Assembly: GCA_031367385.1 (NCBI GenBank)
Contig: JANLPS010000194.1
Coordinates: 1 to 11,688 of the forward strand
Length of the DNA stretch: 11,688 nucleotides
Source: Archangium sp.
GTDB lineage: Bacteria; Myxococcota; Myxococcia; Myxococcales; Myxococcaceae
Direction: 5' to 3'
The notes under the pieces were generated by a model. It had not been told where the DNA came from. It saw only the letters and a program-made list of their open reading frames with translations, and searched no databases. The translations under genes were made by a program, and so were the position numbers. Positions 7,595-11,688 of the stretch are shown here, one piece after another; the stretch's first letter is position 1; the number at the start of each line of letters is the position of its first letter.

Positions 7595-7623
7595 CTATTA
7601 GACAGCAGGGTGTGTTGCGTCAA
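7595..7623 (-). promoter_or_regulatory. Sigma70-like promoter for the tRNA
   Basis: Minus strand TTGACG (7623-7618), then 17 bp, then TAATAG (7600-7595); alternatively TCTAAT at 15-bp spacing. It lies in the 42-bp AT-richer gap between the DUF5916 stop and the tRNA. Confidence 0.6.
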
Positions 7624-7630
7624 GAAAGAA

Positions 7631-10249
7631 TTACACGCTCCACCAGTAGGTGAACTTGATCAAAAACGTGTCGCTCGCGGGCCCTTTGAACAATTGCGAC
7701 GGCAAGAGACTCGCCGAAGGGGTCTCGCCGGTCATCAGCGCGCGCTCCTGCTGAGAGTGGGTGTAGACGAAGAAGAGCGTCGACCCGAGCCGGTACTCCC
7801 ACCGCAGCACCGCGTTGAGGTTGAGCGCAGACGCATGCCCGTTGGCGTTGCCGTCATACGCCGTGGCGGTCAGTGCGTCGGCTGGCAGGGCCGCCTTGCC
7901 GGCCAGGCTCCCGGCGAAGAAGGGGCCGTAGCGCACCGCGCCCGAGAAGAGCTGGGCGTAGACCTGAAACGTTAACCTGGGGGTGATCACCACTTGTTGA
8001 CGCAGGGTGAGCGATAAAAACAGGGGGTCTTGGTACCCAAAGAGCGCCGTGGTCGGTTCGATCAGGTCGACGTAACGGGCGCCCTGGGGTTTGTGGCCGA
8101 TTGCGCCGTCGAACCGAGTCTCGAGCGCGTCAATCGGGTGCCAGATGAGCCTCGCGTCAGCCCCCCAACCCCACGCGGGGGCCTCGACGCCGAGCGCAAA
8201 CATTCGGTACCCGAAGAAATCACCCTCGAAGAAGAGCTTGCGGTTGGGGTCGGTGTTGCCGAAAACGCCCGCGAACAAGCTGGGGAGCCGCTCGAAAGCC
8301 ACGCCTTGAAACGCGATTTCTCGGGTGTCGAACTGCGGCAGCTCGAGCCCCACCCGAACACCCAGCCAGTCGTAGCTGGCGAACTGCACCTGGCTCGAGA
8401 CGTTGGTGTTGATGCCTCTGGGGAGCGTTCTCGCGTCGGTCGACCAGTTCAAGTCGAGGTTGTAGTCGACGCTGAAGTAGTGAAAAGGCCCGACTCCGCT
8501 GGGCTTGACGTAATGGAGGTTCAAATCAGCCCACTGGTAGTTCGACCCAGGCTGGTACCCGACGGCGTTCATGTCGAGCTTGGGGCTCAGGTAGACGTAG
8601 GTGACGTCGAAGCGAAAGGGTTCTCCGCCCAGCTTGCCGGCGCGCAGGTTACCGCCGTAGCCCAGGTCGCCAGGCTTCATCACCGTACCGTCGATCAAGG
8701 TGCGCCCATTCGGGTCGCCCCCCACCTGCTGTGAGGCGTTGAGCTGACCGAAGAAGCCCCACCCCCCGTCGCCGGTGCGCAGGTTCCAGTCGAGGGCGAG
8801 GGCGTTGGCGCCGCGGCTGTAGCAGTGGGCCCGGCTGTAGGCCTCCTCGGTCGCGAAGTCGAGACGCGAGCACCGGTCTGCCAGCGGAGTCGCCGCGGTG
8901 AAGATCAGGCCCACGCTCGAGGTGCCTGCGAAGCGCTGCCGGAGCACCGCCGCGAGGTAATTGGTCGGCACCGGGCGCTCGAGCGGCAGGGCGTCATTGA
9001 CTCCGAAGTGGAGGGGTGTGGCGGGGTGGTACTGAAACTGCCGGTTCGGGCTCGCTTCAGCGGCGAGCACGGCGTCAGGCGTGCCCTGGCCGAACCCGAG
9101 CGCCGCCGTCGACGGGTTGCCCGCGCCCAGAACGACCGAGTCGAGAAAGCCCACGTCGAGGGTGTCGGTGATGCTGCCGGTCAGCTTGATCGCCGCGAGA
9201 ATCGGGGTGAACAACCCGATGCGCCGCGAATAGAACATCTGCTGCGGAGAGCCTCCGTACTCGGAGCCGACCGACTGAAACAGGTCGAGGCCCTGCAAGA
9301 AGAACGGCCGCTTCTCGGGGAAAAAGGCCTCTTGGGTAGAGAGGTTTTGAATCACCTGGTCGGCTTCGACCTGACCAAAGTCGGGGTTGATCGTGCCGGT
9401 GAGCAGCAGGTTGCTGGTCAGTGCGAGCTTGAAGTCGACGCCTACGTCGAGCGAGGGGTCGAACAACCGGGGCTCTGGCTGGGTCGGGTCAGAATACTGC
9501 GGCCGCAGAGTGCCGCGTGCCCCGGCATACGCCAACAGCTCGAGCGTTCGACCCGGCTTGAGGCCCACCAGGCCGTTCAACGTGCCGAAGCGCGACACCG
9601 CATACGCCCCCGGGTTGTTCGGGTTCGCCTCGCGGGGTATCAGCTTGGAGTCGAAGATCTGGTGCGTTCGAGGCACCGTTCGCCGCACTTGAAAGCCCCA
9701 CGGCTTGTCGAGCGACGAAAAGCGCAGCGTTCTCAACGGTATCGCCATCTCGACCGACCAGCCCGTCGCGGTCACGCTGGCGGCGCCGTTCCACACGGCG
9801 TCCCAGGTGTCGGTGTCGTTGAAGTCGGCGAAGAGCAGCCGATCGCGCAGCACGCCAGCCGCGTTGACCGAAAAGGCATACGCCGTTCGCTGATCGGCGT
9901 TCGAATCGATGGCGATTTCAACGAGGTCGGCGAAGGGCGTCGAGTCGCGTCGACCCAAGTTCCGAACGATGGCCTCGGGGTTCGGGTCGTCGCACTTCAC
10001 GCCGATGTAGAGAAAGGTGTCGTCGTAGAGCACCCGGGCTTCGGTGTGAAAGTCGGGCGCTTTGCCAGCAGTGGGGAAGCTCTCGATGAACCCGGCGAAG
10101 GCAGCCGTCGTGCCCCACAGGCCTTCGTCGAGCTTGCCGTCGATGACGATGGGGTCGCGAATACGGGTGGCGGTGATCGAACCGGGTCGGTCTTCAGCCA
10201 GCGCGACGGTGGCGGTCACCAGCGTGGCCACGAAGACTCGAAATTTCAT
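7631..10249 (-). CDS. Exported/outer-membrane protein with N-terminal CBM9-like (DOMON-like) domain and DUF5916 domain, 872 aa
   Basis: Signal peptide MKFRVFVATLVTATVALA. CBM9-like motifs PIVIDGKLDEGLW, TEARVLYDDTFLYIGV, GWSVEMAIPLRTLRF. DUF5916-type signature TINPDFGQVEAD...FFPEKRPFFLQG...FYSRRIG. Beta-barrel-like C-terminus NLNAVLRWEYRLGSTLFFVY...FLIKFTYWWSV. Confidence 0.88.
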   Translation of the reverse strand: MKFRVFVATLVTATVALAEDRPGSITATRIRDPIVIDGKLDEGLWGTTAAFAGFIESFPTAGKAPDFHTEARVLYDDTFLYIGVKCDDPNPEAIVRNLGRRDSTPFADLVEIAIDSNADQRTAYAFSVNAAGVLRDRLLFADFNDTDTWDAVWNGAASVTATGWSVEMAIPLRTLRFSSLDKPWGFQVRRTVPRTHQIFDSKLIPREANPNNPGAYAVSRFGTLNGLVGLKPGRTLELLAYAGARGTLRPQYSDPTQPEPRLFDPSLDVGVDFKLALTSNLLLTGTINPDFGQVEADQVIQNLSTQEAFFPEKRPFFLQGLDLFQSVGSEYGGSPQQMFYSRRIGLFTPILAAIKLTGSITDTLDVGFLDSVVLGAGNPSTAALGFGQGTPDAVLAAEASPNRQFQYHPATPLHFGVNDALPLERPVPTNYLAAVLRQRFAGTSSVGLIFTAATPLADRCSRLDFATEEAYSRAHCYSRGANALALDWNLRTGDGGWGFFGQLNASQQVGGDPNGRTLIDGTVMKPGDLGYGGNLRAGKLGGEPFRFDVTYVYLSPKLDMNAVGYQPGSNYQWADLNLHYVKPSGVGPFHYFSVDYNLDLNWSTDARTLPRGINTNVSSQVQFASYDWLGVRVGLELPQFDTREIAFQGVAFERLPSLFAGVFGNTDPNRKLFFEGDFFGYRMFALGVEAPAWGWGADARLIWHPIDALETRFDGAIGHKPQGARYVDLIEPTTALFGYQDPLFLSLTLRQQVVITPRLTFQVYAQLFSGAVRYGPFFAGSLAGKAALPADALTATAYDGNANGHASALNLNAVLRWEYRLGSTLFFVYTHSQQERALMTGETPSASLLPSQLFKGPASDTFLIKFTYWWSV

Positions 10250-10367
10250 GCGGGCGCCCCTACGCCTGCTTCATGCCTTAATTGCCCCGTCGAGAGGTGA
10301 ATACTGTTGTTTTCACGGCCGGTTGGCGGCGCTTGCAGTGTGAGGAGAGGAAGGGAAGAGTCCGCCC

Positions 10368-11688
10368 ATGTCGCTCACTCGAATGAACTCAGCGCAGGTC
10401 TGGCTGCTGGTGGCGGGGGCCCTCGTGGCAACGATGGCGTGCCAGAGAGACAAGCTCACGCCGGCGGCGTGTCGCGAAGACTCGGCGTGTCAAAGCGGCG
10501 AGCTGTGTGACGAATTTCAGTGTGTGCCCGCGCAGACCAAGGCGTGCACCAACGTCATCAACGGCAACCCGATTCTGCAGCCTGACCCCTACACGCTCAA
10601 CTTCGGCACCATCGACGTGGCCACGAAGACCGAGACCTTGTCGCTTCGAAACATCGGCAATTGCACGTTGACGGTGTTTGAGGCCCGGCTGGCGAAGGGG
10701 GCTGACGCCGGCTTCGGCTGCGAGCTGTGCGATGGCGCCTTCCCGCTCGAGATCTTCCCCGGGCGTGCCAGGGAGATGCCGGTCAGCTTCACCCAGCGGC
10801 ACGTCGGCGAGTCGAGCGACGAGGTCAGCGTGCTCAGCGACGACAAAGAGTTCCCGCAGCTCCGCGTGCCAATCAAGGTCAACTTCCTCGGCGTGCCAAA
10901 GCTGCAGGTGACTCCGAACCCGGTCGACTTTGGGTATGTGGCCCAGGGTCGGCAGGGCATTCGCACGTTGACCTTGTCGAACCAAGGCACAGGCGTGGCG
11001 CCGCTGACGGTCAAGAGCATCGCCTTCTCGGGTGAGACTCAGGACTTCACGATGCCGACTCCCTTCGTCGGCCCGGTGACGTTGATGCCGGTCGGGCAAG
11101 ACGGCAGCGCGGTCATACCCCTCGAGCTGCGTTACAACCCTCGCAGCACCTCGAAGCATGCGGTCGAGCTCGTCATCACCACCGACAAGGGTGAGACCCG
11201 GGTGCCGGTTGCGGGCAACGCGCAGACTCCGCCGAAGTTGGCGTATGCGCCGCTGGTGATTGACCTGGGCAACGTGCCGCTGGGGCGCAGCGTGACGGCG
11301 TCGCTGGCCTTGAGCAACGAGGGCGGAGCGCCGCTCAACGTGTCGTACACCTGGGGCGGGCTGATGCCCTCGACAGACCTCTTCGCGATACCGACGGTGG
11401 TCGACGCGATCGCCGCTGGGGCCTACACGCAGCTGCAGGTGGGCTTCACCGCGACCGGGTTGGGGCCGGTGTCGGGCCTGCTGGTGATCGCCTCGAATGA
11501 CCCGTCGAAGCCGAGCATCACGATACCCGTCTCGGCCACCGGCATACCGGGCGCGGGGCCAGAGGTCGTGAAGTTGGAGATGAGCTTCGAGAACGGCAGC
11601 GACAGTGCCTTCGACGACGACTACCGCAACGTGAACCTGATTCTCGAGCACCCCTTCGGGTACGTCTGCGACAAGGCGCACCCGGCGC
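10368..11688 (+). CDS. Lipoprotein with Cys-rich module and tandem ASH/choice-of-anchor-D Ig-like domains; continues beyond the right edge
   Basis: Open for 440 codons to the window end with strong GC3 bias. MSLTRMNSAQVWLLVAGALVATMA|C lipobox-like Cys at 10440 (alternative ATG at 10383). Purine-rich RBS region 10342-10360. CREDSACQSGELCDEFQC module. Three ~110-aa repeats with P-x-L...(L/V/I)(N/D)(F/L)G...L-x-N-x-G...L(T/N)V...(V/I)P(I/V). Not in the ORF track. Confidence 0.88.
   Translation, partial: MSLTRMNSAQVWLLVAGALVATMACQRDKLTPAACREDSACQSGELCDEFQCVPAQTKACTNVINGNPILQPDPYTLNFGTIDVATKTETLSLRNIGNCTLTVFEARLAKGADAGFGCELCDGAFPLEIFPGRAREMPVSFTQRHVGESSDEVSVLSDDKEFPQLRVPIKVNFLGVPKLQVTPNPVDFGYVAQGRQGIRTLTLSNQGTGVAPLTVKSIAFSGETQDFTMPTPFVGPVTLMPVGQDGSAVIPLELRYNPRSTSKHAVELVITTDKGETRVPVAGNAQTPPKLAYAPLVIDLGNVPLGRSVTASLALSNEGGAPLNVSYTWGGLMPSTDLFAIPTVVDAIAAGAYTQLQVGFTATGLGPVSGLLVIASNDPSKPSITIPVSATGIPGAGPEVVKLEMSFENGSDSAFDDDYRNVNLILEHPFGYVCDKAHPA

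Noticed and set aside
8825..10300. 491-aa plus-strand ORF
   Set aside because: Antisense shadow of the DUF5916 gene, expected with high GC3; R/G/V-rich with no motifs.
10322..10337. Sigma54-like TTGGC...TTGCA
   Set aside because: GG-to-GC spacing is 8 nt rather than the required 10.
10389..11681. 430-aa minus-strand ORF
   Set aside because: Antisense shadow of the plus-strand lipoprotein, which has the signal peptide, repeats and codon bias.

Overview
GC-rich bacterial DNA whose gene style suggests Myxococcota (inference from the Cys-rich Ig-repeat lipoprotein). The left 7.3 kb is a minus-strand, translationally coupled heavy-metal operon: truncated csoR-like ORF (55 aa, below the ORF-track cut-off) -> TolC-family outer-membrane factor -> CusB-like adaptor -> CusA-like Cu(I)/Ag(I) RND pump -> P2A-type (Ca2+-class) P-type ATPase that runs off the left edge. 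A clear CsoR-type operator palindrome (TACCCC-TAC-GGGGTA) precedes it. The operon sits just 3' of an initiator tRNA-Met(CAT) and its terminator. In hand-counted samples it has lower GC3 than the genes to the right, so it may be an acquired island. The right part holds a CBM9-like/DUF5916 outer-membrane protein (minus) and a divergent lipoprotein with a Cys-rich module and three ASH/choice-of-anchor-D Ig-like repeats (plus, runs off the right edge, absent from the ORF track). All parts belong to known families. The unusual points are the half-CsoR leader with an intact operator, the altered CusA transmembrane residues, a Met/acidic insertion in CusA, and a P2A rather than P1B ATPase in a copper operon.
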